Positions 1-9,454 are shown, numbered from the stretch's first letter. The stretch: 64,000 nt of DNA from Anaerolineae bacterium (GCA_038198935.1 JBBPZQ010000127.1:824-64823); one strand, 5' to 3'. Numbers and translations are program-made. Notes: generated from the letters alone by a model not told the origin.

Positions 1-546
1 GCGATCAGCATCAGCGTCATCCCGCTGACACCGACTGCAACATTGCCAAGTAGTACGACGACTAATAATGTGAGCGCGAGCGCCACGCCGCGTCCGACGC
101 TTCAACCCACGAGTGCTGTGCCACCATCTGCAACGAGCGAGCCGACGCGCGACGTGACAACCACGCACACAGCCGATGCAACACGTACGCCAACTGCCAC
201 GCGCAGCGACGATAGCACGCGCGCACCCACTGCGACGCAAGCGCCACAATCCTCGCGCACGCCCGAGACAACACAAACGCCACAACCCTCACAAACGCCC
301 AAACCAACACAAGAACCATCGCAGTCACCGCAGCCAACACAGACGCCCAAACCGACACAAGAACCATCGCAGACGCCGCAGCCGACACAATCGCCCAAGC
401 CAACGCAGACGCAAGCGCCAACGCAAACACCACAAGCGACGCAAACCCAGAAGCCAACGCAGACACCCGAGCCAACGCGCACTTCGACCCCAGTCACACC
501 GACGCGCACGCCAGAGCCGACGCGCATACAAACGGCGACGCGGTAG
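1..546 (+). CDS. 3' end of a CDS entering the window; Pro/Thr/Gln-rich low-complexity C-terminal region built from about 48-nt tandem units (TPKPTQEPSQSPQPTQ)
   Basis: Reading frame open from nt 1 with no upstream stop; track ORF 43..546; repeated 16-aa units; stop TAG at 544-546. Confidence 0.5.
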   Translation, partial: AISISVIPLTPTATLPSSTTTNNVSASATPRPTLQPTSAVPPSATSEPTRDVTTTHTADATRTPTATRSDDSTRAPTATQAPQSSRTPETTQTPQPSQTPKPTQEPSQSPQPTQTPKPTQEPSQTPQPTQSPKPTQTQAPTQTPQATQTQKPTQTPEPTRTSTPVTPTRTPEPTRIQTATR

Positions 547-696
547 GTTGCAGCGCGACTTGCCGCTCGTGTAAGCCCTCACGAGTTTTTAGAAACCTGT
601 GACGGCTCACTCCCGTCAGTGCTGCACTTTGCTTTGGCGCGCCTACGCGATTCCGTTATAATCGTCCAGTTGATTCAACATTAGCGCAGGAGCGAT

Positions 697-1269
697 GTGA
701 TGGTGAATGGCGAGGCGCAGCGCGCAGCGGAGCGACTGCTAAACGATGAGTCGCTGATTGCAAACTTGAAAGACGACGAAGCGAAGGCGCTGATTGATTG
801 GTCGTTGGGTGAACTGCGGAGCGACGATGATTCACTCGATACACGCGAGGCGCGCGTGCGCGAGGCGATGCGCGAGATCAATGAGCTCGTCGGTCATCGG
901 CAGTCGCTGGTCTCGGATGATCTGGAAGAGCGCATGGCGAAGCTGCTCGTAAACGACCTCGATCCGAAATCGCAAGTGCGGCTCAGCATCGAGCGCGAGA
1001 TTGCGCAGGTCACCGCGGAGAAAGATCACATCGCGGGCTTCGAGTTGGTCAAGCGGCTGACGGACATCGCGTCGAAAACGTGGCGCATGAAACAGCAAGG
1101 CACATTAGAGGTTGAGTCGTCAGCCGAAGTCGGCGCGCCCAGCACAAGCGAACGAGCAACCCCATCGGCGACGAGGGAGGCGGCGACGCGCGCACGGCCG
1201 ATCCCTCGCCCGACGCCAATCCCGCCGCAGAAAGCGGGGCTACTCGCGCGATTGTTAGGACGTAAGTGA
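697..1269 (+). CDS. hypothetical acidic protein with Pro/Arg-rich C-terminal tail
   Basis: Track ORF; AGGAG RBS at about 686-690 before GTG/ATG at 697/700; no recognisable domain. Confidence 0.5.
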   Translation: MMVNGEAQRAAERLLNDESLIANLKDDEAKALIDWSLGELRSDDDSLDTREARVREAMREINELVGHRQSLVSDDLEERMAKLLVNDLDPKSQVRLSIEREIAQVTAEKDHIAGFELVKRLTDIASKTWRMKQQGTLEVESSAEVGAPSTSERATPSATREAATRARPIPRPTPIPPQKAGLLARLLGRK

Positions 1270-1306
1270 TCTGCATCGGTTCACATTTTCGGCATGGGAA
1301 ATACAA

Positions 1307-1333
1307 AGGCGGAAGGAATTTATCCTTCCGCCT
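1307..1333. terminator. bidirectional hairpin terminator between convergent genes
   Basis: Perfect 10-11 bp inverted repeat aggcggaagga-atttat-tccttccgcct between convergent ORFs. Confidence 0.6.
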
Positions 1334-1355
1334 ACTGCGTTCATCCTGCGTCGCG

Positions 1356-2573
1356 TCACAACCCGTTGCCGTATTTCTGCTTCATGAAGTCCTGCCAGCC
1401 CTTCTCAAATTGATCGTAGCTCATGCCGAACACCTTTTGGAACGAGGCATTAAAGTCGCGGGCTTGTGCTTCCTCGACCAGCCATTGCCACGCCTTGTCT
1501 TTGCCACCGAGTTTCTCGACCATATACTGCACGGCGACGGTGCCCTCAGCGCGCATGTATAGGTCGTCTTGTTGGATGCCGCTGCCCGTTTCGAGCGCGT
1601 TCAAGTCTTTGAGCGAGTACACTTTATTTTGTAACGCGCTGTGCACTGTGTTCGGGCGCAGGTCGTTGCTGAAGTAGTGCGCGAACGCTTCGTTGACCCA
1701 CCAGATGGTGCTGCGCGGTGCGAGCGTGAAGTCCACCATCATGTGCGTCATCTCGTGCTGAAGCGTCTGTGATAACTCATCAATGTTTGTGCCGGAGAAT
1801 GAGCCGTGAAATGAATCGGGCGCCGGAATGCTGATCATCTTATTCGACGAGATATAGGTCGCGCCAACGCCAATCGGCGTGCGTCCCGCGTCCGTTTCAA
1901 ACGTCGGCGCCATGCGCACCAAGAATTTGGATTTGGCTTGCTGTCCCGTATTCTTCTTGACTTCCGCATAGGCAATCTTCACGTTCTTCACGACTCGATC
2001 TACCAGTCCCGCATCCCACGCATAGTAGCGCAGCGTGAAATCGTCGCTCTCAAAGTTTTGCAGATCGCCCAGTTCATCTTCCTGCGGTTCGCTGAGAATC
2101 CAGCCACTACCCGTCCACTTGAAGACCCAGACGTGATCGCCGCGAATCGTCTCGTTGAGCCAAACTTTGACGTATGGCTCTTTTGCCACTTGCACTTTGC
2201 TGATCGTGCCGCGTGGGCTGCGGCCCTTCCAACCATAGACGGGCGAGTGCATGAAGTCATTCATCGCGCGCTTGAACGACAAATTCGTTTGATCGGCAAC
2301 GGCTGCGAGTTGGTTGTCGTCCACCTTGTTCAGCGCATCCAGAAACTTGTCGAGTGCAGGCTTTACGCCCGCTTGAATCTTCGCAGAGTCGGTCGGCATC
2401 GCACCGCTCTGCGCGGGTTCAGTGGTAGGCGCAGCAGTCGGCGGTGCGACACTTGTCGTCGGCGCAGACGCTGGCACGGTGTTAGTCGTCGGCGGTGTCG
2501 TCGGCGATTCAGTCAGCGCGCACGCGGTCAAGCTCAACAGCAGCACGACGGCGAACCAGTATAGACGTGACAT
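1356..2573 (-). CDS. secreted lipoprotein, putative zinc metallopeptidase (HExxH)
   Basis: N-terminal signal with lipobox LTAC; HEMTH motif; Thr/Pro-rich linker after signal. Confidence 0.6.
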   Translation of the reverse strand: MSRLYWFAVVLLLSLTACALTESPTTPPTTNTVPASAPTTSVAPPTAAPTTEPAQSGAMPTDSAKIQAGVKPALDKFLDALNKVDDNQLAAVADQTNLSFKRAMNDFMHSPVYGWKGRSPRGTISKVQVAKEPYVKVWLNETIRGDHVWVFKWTGSGWILSEPQEDELGDLQNFESDDFTLRYYAWDAGLVDRVVKNVKIAYAEVKKNTGQQAKSKFLVRMAPTFETDAGRTPIGVGATYISSNKMISIPAPDSFHGSFSGTNIDELSQTLQHEMTHMMVDFTLAPRSTIWWVNEAFAHYFSNDLRPNTVHSALQNKVYSLKDLNALETGSGIQQDDLYMRAEGTVAVQYMVEKLGGKDKAWQWLVEEAQARDFNASFQKVFGMSYDQFEKGWQDFMKQKYGNGL

Positions 2574-2733
2574 AGGAACTCCTCATCTCGTTGACTCGTT
2601 CTTATCTTACGTTAATCAGATGATGCAAAAATTATAGCATCCTTAAAATGCGCTAACAAACGGGCGAGTCAAAAATCCCTTGACACGCCTCTTTGATGTG
2701 TGCTATCGTTGGCGTGTTCGAGAGGATGTGCCT

Positions 2734-3714
2734 ATGAAACGAGAACGAGTTTCCGACGACATCGTGGTGTTCACCAGCACCTTGTACGCGCAGGTGAATG
2801 CCGGTGCGGTGCTCACGCCGGCTGGCGCGGTGCTGATTGACACGCTGCCCTTCCCCGAAGAGACGCGCGAGATCATTGATTACTTGAAAAGCGAGGGGGC
2901 GCAAGGCGTTGTGCGTTACGTCATCAACACGCATCGGCACGGCGACCACACGCACGGCAATTTTCTGTTCCCGCACGCCGAGGTCATTGGCCATCACCTC
3001 TGCCGCGAGACGCTGCTGCGGTGGGGCAACGACAGTTTGCAAGCCGCGAAGGAAGCGACGCCTGAACTCGACGAAGTGCAGATGCGAGTGCCGAGCATTA
3101 CGTTCGAGCGCGAGATGTCGCTATACATGGGCGGCATGACGCTGGAGTTGCTCTACTTGCCGGGCCATAGCATTGATGGCATCGGCGTGCACATCCGCAG
3201 CGAGCGCGTGCTGTTTTCGGGCGACGCGATCATGCCGCTGCCTTCGTTCGTGTGGGGCGATCGCGAACAGTTGATGGATTCGATGCAGCGCGTCAAGGCG
3301 ATGGACTTGGAGCATATTGTACAAGGCCACGGCGACGTGTTGCTGCGCGGCGAAATGGGCGAAGTGATTGATGGTAGTCTCGCGTACCTCGACAGCATCT
3401 ATCAGAAGGTGAAAAAGCGCGTCGCGATGGGCGCGAGCGAGCGCGACCTGGAAAAGATCACAGTCGAGAAGTCCGGCGGCTCGCCGATTGCGATGGACGG
3501 TATGGGCAAAAAACTGCATCAGGCGAACTTGCTCAAGCTGTATCGCACATTCAAAGAGGAGCAGCGCGAGCCGCTACCGCACGAGACTGCCGAGCCGAGT
3601 GTGAAGAAGCCGCGTGCGCGCCGCAAGGCATCACGGGCTGAGACACAACCGACCAACGGCACGACGCGCAAGCGCAACCCGCGCAAGCGCGAGACGACGA
3701 CCACGCGCTCGTGA
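2734..3714 (+). CDS. MBL-fold metallo-hydrolase with Lys/Arg-rich C-terminal tail
   Basis: HRHGDHTHGN (HxHxDH) motif; track ORF 2680..3714, start refined to ATG giving MKRERV; possible -35 TTGACA upstream at about 2676. Confidence 0.8.
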   Translation: MKRERVSDDIVVFTSTLYAQVNAGAVLTPAGAVLIDTLPFPEETREIIDYLKSEGAQGVVRYVINTHRHGDHTHGNFLFPHAEVIGHHLCRETLLRWGNDSLQAAKEATPELDEVQMRVPSITFEREMSLYMGGMTLELLYLPGHSIDGIGVHIRSERVLFSGDAIMPLPSFVWGDREQLMDSMQRVKAMDLEHIVQGHGDVLLRGEMGEVIDGSLAYLDSIYQKVKKRVAMGASERDLEKITVEKSGGSPIAMDGMGKKLHQANLLKLYRTFKEEQREPLPHETAEPSVKKPRARRKASRAETQPTNGTTRKRNPRKRETTTTRS

Positions 3715-3715
3715 T

Positions 3716-3744
3716 TTGACAGCACGGCAATCGGATTGCATAAT
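3716..3744 (+). promoter_or_regulatory. sigma70-type promoter (TTGACA - 17 nt - CATAAT) driving the T-box leader
   Basis: Consensus -35 hexamer, 17-nt spacer, near-consensus -10 immediately after the upstream stop. Confidence 0.55.
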
Positions 3745-3750
3745 CGAACA

Positions 3751-4066
3751 TAACGGCGATGATGGAAACGAGTAGCATCTGACGATCTGGCCAGCGAGTC
3801 TGGAATGGTGCAAGCCAGACACAGAGCGTGGACGCGAAAATCCTTCCGGAGCCACTGGGCGAAACAGTGCTGAGTGCTGAGTCCTGAGTATGAACTCCCG
3901 ACTCGGAACTCAGGACTTTAATAGTCCTCGTCGGGGTCGCTCCCGTTAGCAACGCGCGAGCATGATAGTGCTCGATAAAGTGGTGATGCGCTTGCGCGTC
4001 GTCAGCTGGGTGGTACCGCGGGAATCTTTTGACTCTCGTCCCTGTTTTGGGATGAGAGTTTTTTTG
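3751..4066 (+). promoter_or_regulatory. T-box riboswitch leader (tRNA-sensing antitermination) preceding the AlaX-like gene
   Basis: Conserved T-box sequence GGGTGGTACCGCGG at about 4007-4021 overlapping the 5' side of an intrinsic terminator (gactctcgtccc-tgttttg-ggatgagagt plus T7 at about 4030-4066); Stem-I-like distal element AGCGAGUCUGGAAUGGUGCAAG at about 3795-3820; leader of about 315 nt. Confidence 0.6.
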
Positions 4067-4123
4067 TATGCGACGGCAGACGGTGGACGGCTACGGTCTG
4101 CCCTCAGAATGCGAACAGAACAC

Positions 4124-4858
4124 ATGACAGAATTACTCTACCAACTTGACGCATACCTAAAAGACTTCGACGCAACCGTGACTGAGGTCAACGCCGACGT
4201 GGTTGCGCTCGACCGCACGGCGTTCTATCCGGGTGGCGGCGGCCAGCCCCATGATTTCGGCACGCTCGAAGTGGATGGCCAAACGTGGCAAGTCGTGAAG
4301 GTGAAGAAAGAGGGCGACAAGGTGTGGCATACGCTCTCCCTCACGCCTACCTCTCTCCCACAGGGCGACGGGACACCAGCCGTCGGCGCGCGCGTGCATG
4401 GCGCGCTCGACTGGGAGCGGCGCTATAAGTTGATGCGCACACACTCCGCGCTGCACGTGCTGTGCGGCGTGGTGTGGCGCGACTACGGCGCGCAGGTGAC
4501 AGGCGGCAACATGGAACCGCTCGACGCGCGCATGGATTTTGAGTTCGAGCGAATGCAGAAAGAGTTGGTCAGCGAGATCGAGCGGCACGTGAACGAGGGG
4601 ATTCAGAAGGGCTACAACGTCTCGGCCAAGATACTGCCGCGCGAGGAAGCGTTCAAGATTCCCGACCTGATTCGCACGAAGATTAACCTGCTGCCGCCGG
4701 GCATTGCGGAAGTTCGCACGGTCAACATCGAAGGACTCGACCTGCAAGCCGATGGCGGCACGCACGTCGCCAACACGCGCGAGATTGGGCGCGTGAAGGT
4801 GGTCGGCTACGAGAGCAAGGGGAAGATTAACAAGCGTATTCGGATTCAGGTGGAGTAG
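4124..4858 (+). CDS. alaX: AlaX-type trans-editing protein (alanyl-tRNA synthetase editing-domain homolog)
   Basis: HSALHVL and CGxxxxH zinc-binding motifs typical of AlaRS/ThrRS second additional domain; track ORF 3962..4858, start refined to ATG giving MTELLYQ. Confidence 0.7.
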   Translation: MTELLYQLDAYLKDFDATVTEVNADVVALDRTAFYPGGGGQPHDFGTLEVDGQTWQVVKVKKEGDKVWHTLSLTPTSLPQGDGTPAVGARVHGALDWERRYKLMRTHSALHVLCGVVWRDYGAQVTGGNMEPLDARMDFEFERMQKELVSEIERHVNEGIQKGYNVSAKILPREEAFKIPDLIRTKINLLPPGIAEVRTVNIEGLDLQADGGTHVANTREIGRVKVVGYESKGKINKRIRIQVE

Positions 4859-5123
4859 TCAGTAGCCAGTAGCCAGTAATCAGACTCCTCAATCTGGCTA
4901 CTGACATCTGATTACTGTATGACATTGGCAAGGCGCACGGCGAGTTCTTCGGCGAGATTCGTCCTGCCACCAGCATGGTCGAAGTCAAACGCTTGATTGA
5001 CCCCGCGATGCTGGTCGAGATTGAGGCGGAGGCGGTGGTTGGTGCAACGGAGTGATTCGGCGGCTGATATAGAACGGATAAGCGAACACATATGCTGCCA
5101 ACGGTTTATCCGTTTCACCTCGG

Positions 5124-5678
5124 TTGTCAAAGACATCCGCCACTAGACAGGAAAAGACAGTGATGACTCGCAGCTTGCTAATACTGGGCACGCGCACGAT
5201 GTTCGTTGCGAACATCGTACTCGCCACTGTCGCGTTCGTTGTCATTTTGAATTGGTACGATACCGGAACGTTCGACAACGGTGGATTGACTTCAATTGGT
5301 GGACTGACTTCGATTGCGATTAGCGGCGTTTTGATCGGCATGCTTGCACTGGCGTTTGAGGAATGGGTTTCCAAAGCTCTCAACTGCTGGACAGGGCGCA
5401 GTTTTCTCAATTTCATGAGAATCATTGTTCAGAGTGTTATTTACATGGCTCTGGTTCTTGCGGTTGCAGCTAGCGCCAGTGCTGCATTCTACGAATTTAC
5501 ATCGGGAAGAGGCTTACTCACCAGCATCCTAATGTTCGTGCATCTTCCAGTACTTGTACTGTTTTATGCAATTCTCCTGATTCCATTTGGAATCGGTGTT
5601 GGTATCCTCAACGGACTTTTACTCCGGTGGAACCATCTTTTGCAGTTGGAAAACGCACGAAGCCAGAATCATAGTTGA
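5124..5678 (+). CDS. hypothetical polytopic membrane protein (atypically low GC)
   Basis: Four to five hydrophobic helices; AT-rich codon usage unlike neighbours; internal 18-nt tandem duplication (GGLTSIGGLTSI). Confidence 0.55.
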   Translation: MSKTSATRQEKTVMTRSLLILGTRTMFVANIVLATVAFVVILNWYDTGTFDNGGLTSIGGLTSIAISGVLIGMLALAFEEWVSKALNCWTGRSFLNFMRIIVQSVIYMALVLAVAASASAAFYEFTSGRGLLTSILMFVHLPVLVLFYAILLIPFGIGVGILNGLLLRWNHLLQLENARSQNHS

Positions 5679-5685
5679 GGTACAA

Positions 5686-8600
5686 ATGTTCAAACCCGTT
5701 TCATCTCAAGTGAAGTATCCAGAACTGGAAGAGCGTGTGTTGCAGTTCTGGAAGCAGAACGACACGTTCAAGAAGTCCATGCAGTTGCGTGAGCAGAACG
5801 AGCACTACGTCTTCTTCGAGGGGCCACCGACGGCGAACGGTCGCCCTGGTCTGCATCACGTGCTCGCGCGCGTGTTCAAAGACTTGATGCCGCGCTATCA
5901 CACGATGAAAGGCAAATACGTCCTGCGCAAGGGCGGCTGGGATACGCACGGCTTGCCCGTCGAACTGGAAGTTGAGAAGAAGATTGGCTCGCGCGGCAAG
6001 CAGGACATCGAGAAGTTCGGTATCGCCGAGTTTAATCGCTTGTGTCGGCAGTCGGTGTGGGAGTATGTGCAAGAGTGGGAGCGCATGACCGACCGCATCG
6101 GCTTCTGGGTGGACACGGAGCACGCCTACATCACTTACGACAACTCGTATATCGAGTCGGGCTGGTGGATACTCAGGTCACTTTGGGATCGCGCGCTGCT
6201 GTTCAAGAATTACAAGGTGACGATGCACTGCCCACGCTGCTCGACCACACTCTCCGATGCAGAGGTCGCGCTCGGCTATAAAGACAACGTCGAAGACCCG
6301 TCGGTGTGGGTGAAGTTTAAAGTAACGGACGGTCCGTTCGCGGGCGCATATCTGCTCGCGTGGACGACGACGCCGTGGACTCTGCCCGCGAACGTCGCGC
6401 TCGCGCTCAAGGGCGACGCCGACTATGCGCTCGTTCGAGTCGGCGACGAAAAGTATTTGCTCGCGCAGGCGCGCGTGAACGACGTGTTCGATACAGATGT
6501 ACGCCTGCTGCAGACGATGCGCGGCGCAGACCTTGTGGGCACGCGCTACGAAAATCTGTATTCGGCTGTGCCCGCCAAAGGCGAGACGCCCAACATGACC
6601 AACGCGTACACGGTCATCAGTGACGAGACAGTCACGCTCGAAGACGGCACGGGCATCGTGCACATCGCGCCCGCGTACGGAGACTTGGAAGTAGGACGGC
6701 GTCACCACCTGCCGACGCTCTTCTCGGTTGACCTGAGTGGTCACCTGATGCCTGAGTTCGGCGAGGAACTGGGCGGCAATAAGTGGTTCAAGGAAGCCGA
6801 CAAAGACATCGCGCGCAACTTGCGCAAGCGCGGACTGCTGCTCAAAGAATCGCGCGTGCATCACTCGTACCCGTTCTGCTGGCGCTGCGATTCGCCACTG
6901 CTCTATTATGCCAAATCGTCGTGGTACATCCGCACGACAGCGGTGAAAGATCGCCTGCTGGCCGCGAACGACGAAATCAATTGGTATCCGCCGCACATCC
7001 AGCATGGGCGCTTCGGCAACTGGCTAGAGAACAACGTGGACTGGGCGCTCTCGCGCGAGCGCTATTGGGGCACGCCGCTGCCCATCTGGCAGTGCGAGCA
7101 GTGCGGCGCGTATGCGTGTGTCGGCTCGGTGAAGGAATTGCGCGAGCGTGCGCTTAACGCCACCGACGTGAATTGGGATGAGATGGACTTGCACCGTCCG
7201 TGGATTGATGCGGTCAAACTGAAATGCGACGAGTGCGGCAATGTGATGGATCGCATGCCCGACGTGCTCGACTGCTGGTTCGATTCGGGCGCGATGCCGT
7301 ACGCGCAGTGGCACTACCCGTTCGAGAATCAAGATATGTTCGAGGATCAGTTCCCCGCAAACTTCATCTGCGAGGCGATTGACCAGACGCGCGGCTGGTT
7401 CTACTCGCTGCACGCGCTGGGCGTGTTGATGAAGGACACACCTGTTTACAAAAACGTGATGGTGCTCGGCCACCTTCAGGATACATCGGGCAAGAAGATG
7501 TCGAAGTCGCTCGGCAACGTGATTGACCCGTGGCACATCCTGAACACCTACGGCGCCGACCCGCTGCGTTGGTATCTGTATCGCACGACAGCGCTCGGCA
7601 ACCCGTATCGCTTCAACGAGCACACGCTCGCGCGTGAGGTTGTGTCCGGCGTGTTCAATACGCTGTGGAACACGTACTCTTTCTTCGTGATGTATGCGAA
7701 TATTGACGGGTGGAGTCCGAGCCAACCCCCACCCCAGCCCTCCCCCGTTTCACAGGGGAGGGAGCAGACGCGCACGGAGGACTCCCTTCTCCTGCGCAGC
7801 GGGGGAAGGGTCGGGGATGGGGGTTCGTCCGCACTCGACCGCTGGATTCTCTCCGAACTGCACACCCTCATCGCGGACGTGGATGACGACCTCGCGCAGT
7901 ACGAAATCACCGATGCGGTGCGGCGCGTGGAAGCGTTTGTCGAGGTCTTGTCGAATTGGTATGTGCGCCGCTCGCGCCGCCGCTTCTGGAAGACAACGAC
8001 GGATGCGGATAAGCGTTCTGCCTACGCGACGCTATACGAGTGCTTGGTCACGCTCGCAAAATTGATGGCACCATTCACGCCATTTGTGGCGGAGGAGATT
8101 TATCAGAACCTCGTGCGGAGCGTGGATACGAGCGCGCCTGAGTCGGTGCATCACGCCGACTTCCCGCGCGCCGACACGAGCAAGCTGGACGAGCAGTTGA
8201 TGACCAACACGCGGTTGGTGATGCGCCTCGCTTCGCTCGGACTTGCCGCGCGCAAGCAGGCGAACCTAAAGGTACGTCAGCCGCTCGCTGAAGCGCTGGT
8301 GGTCGTGCCCAGCGCCGACGAGCGCGGCGCGCTGCAAGCGCTCAGCGACCAACTGGCGGAAGAGTGGAACGTCAAGGTGGTGCGCGTCGCGGAATCGTCG
8401 AGTGATGTCGCAGATTTGAAGTTGAATCCATTGCCCGCGAAACTGGGCCCGAAGTTCGGCGCAAAGTTCGGCGCAGTACGGCGGGCGCTGCTCGCGCACG
8501 AAGACGACCACGCACTGAAGTTGCAGCAAGGCGAGCGTGTGCACGTGCAGTTGAACGGCGAGACTCACGAGGTCTTGCCCGAAGAGGTCGAGGTCAAACT

Positions 8601-8970
8601 CACGCCGAAGCAGGGCTGGGCGCTGACCAATGATACGCAGTACGTCGTCGCGCTCTCGACCACGCTGACGCCGTCGCTCAAGCGCGAGGGTGTCGCGCGC
8701 GAGTTGGTGCGCCAGTACAACGATTTGCGCAAGAGCGCGGGCTTCCGCGTCGAAGACCTCATGCGTGCGACATGGAACGGTAATGGAGAACTTGAACAAG
8801 TTTTCAGTGAGTTCGGCGACTACATCAAGCAGGAGACGCTTGCTACCGAACTCGTGCGCGCCGACGATGTGCCACAAGGCGTGACCAGTGGCACGCTCAA
8901 ACTCGACGAGGGTGAAGTGTTACTGAGCGTACGACCAGCGGGCGCAAGGGTGAAAGAGACACAACGCTAA
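5686..8970 (+). CDS. ileS: isoleucine--tRNA ligase
   Basis: Class I aaRS; HIGH-like PTANGRPGLHH, KMSKS, editing domain, zinc motifs; track ORF 5587..8970, start refined to MFKPVSS. Confidence 0.95.
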   Translation: MFKPVSSQVKYPELEERVLQFWKQNDTFKKSMQLREQNEHYVFFEGPPTANGRPGLHHVLARVFKDLMPRYHTMKGKYVLRKGGWDTHGLPVELEVEKKIGSRGKQDIEKFGIAEFNRLCRQSVWEYVQEWERMTDRIGFWVDTEHAYITYDNSYIESGWWILRSLWDRALLFKNYKVTMHCPRCSTTLSDAEVALGYKDNVEDPSVWVKFKVTDGPFAGAYLLAWTTTPWTLPANVALALKGDADYALVRVGDEKYLLAQARVNDVFDTDVRLLQTMRGADLVGTRYENLYSAVPAKGETPNMTNAYTVISDETVTLEDGTGIVHIAPAYGDLEVGRRHHLPTLFSVDLSGHLMPEFGEELGGNKWFKEADKDIARNLRKRGLLLKESRVHHSYPFCWRCDSPLLYYAKSSWYIRTTAVKDRLLAANDEINWYPPHIQHGRFGNWLENNVDWALSRERYWGTPLPIWQCEQCGAYACVGSVKELRERALNATDVNWDEMDLHRPWIDAVKLKCDECGNVMDRMPDVLDCWFDSGAMPYAQWHYPFENQDMFEDQFPANFICEAIDQTRGWFYSLHALGVLMKDTPVYKNVMVLGHLQDTSGKKMSKSLGNVIDPWHILNTYGADPLRWYLYRTTALGNPYRFNEHTLAREVVSGVFNTLWNTYSFFVMYANIDGWSPSQPPPQPSPVSQGREQTRTEDSLLLRSGGRVGDGGSSALDRWILSELHTLIADVDDDLAQYEITDAVRRVEAFVEVLSNWYVRRSRRRFWKTTTDADKRSAYATLYECLVTLAKLMAPFTPFVAEEIYQNLVRSVDTSAPESVHHADFPRADTSKLDEQLMTNTRLVMRLASLGLAARKQANLKVRQPLAEALVVVPSADERGALQALSDQLAEEWNVKVVRVAESSSDVADLKLNPLPAKLGPKFGAKFGAVRRALLAHEDDHALKLQQGERVHVQLNGETHEVLPEEVEVKLTPKQGWALTNDTQYVVALSTTLTPSLKREGVARELVRQYNDLRKSAGFRVEDLMRATWNGNGELEQVFSEFGDYIKQETLATELVRADDVPQGVTSGTLKLDEGEVLLSVRPAGARVKETQR
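7725..7826. repeat. GC-rich palindromic element inserted in frame within ileS (family copy A)
   Basis: cccccaccccagccctcccccg-tttcaca-ggggagggag ... cccttctcc-tgcgcag-cgggggaaggg-tcggggatggggg; nested inverted repeats; encodes SQPPPQPSPVSQGREQTRTEDSLLLRSGGRVGDGG. Confidence 0.7.
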
Positions 8971-9070
8971 AAACCAACATACCGTCGTGTGGAATTGCTG
9001 CGGGGCGATGCGTGCATCGCCCCTATTCCTGTCGTGCGCGGCTTTGACACTCCAACCCTCACCCGCTAAA

Positions 9071-9454
9071 ATGAAAACATCTTTTAGGGTCAGAACGGAA
9101 GCGATGAATTACGAACCACTGAAACAGAAGTTGATCGAAGAACGCGCTCGCTTGCAGAAAGACATCGCGTTCAACGAACCCATCGTTGCCACCGAACACG
9201 TCGGCTACAGCACGCATCAGGCGGACGACGCGAGCGACGTGTATGAGCAGACGCGCAACGCGACATTGCAGAGCCAACTCGAATGGCTGCTTGGCGAAGT
9301 GAATTACGCGCTCACCAAATTCGAGAAAGGTACGTACGGCAAATGTGAAGCGTGTGGTGAGGAGATCGCGTTCCAACGTCTCGATGTGCTGCCAACCGCC
9401 CGCTTCTGCATCGTGGACCAACAGAAGATGGAAAAGAAAGTTGTGGCTGCGTGA
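9071..9454 (+). CDS. DksA/TraR-family C4 zinc-finger protein
   Basis: CEACGEEI...ARFC zinc finger at C-terminus; start could be 9071 or 9104. Confidence 0.6.
   Translation: MKTSFRVRTEAMNYEPLKQKLIEERARLQKDIAFNEPIVATEHVGYSTHQADDASDVYEQTRNATLQSQLEWLLGEVNYALTKFEKGTYGKCEACGEEIAFQRLDVLPTARFCIVDQQKMEKKVVAA

Noticed and set aside
176-574. Arg/Lys/His-rich 132-aa ORF in an alternative frame of the PT-repeat region
   Set aside because: It is a frame artefact of the tandem repeat. The in-frame continuation from nt 1 supports the PT-rich frame.
4985-5425. 146-aa minus-strand ORF overlapping the low-GC membrane protein gene
   Set aside because: It is antisense, low-complexity, and lacks signals. The plus-strand TM protein is the better model.
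6178-7725. Long minus-strand ORFs (6178..7005, 7024..7725) inside ileS
   Set aside because: They are antisense to a clearly conserved aaRS. Their Arg/His-rich composition is typical of spurious high-GC antisense frames.
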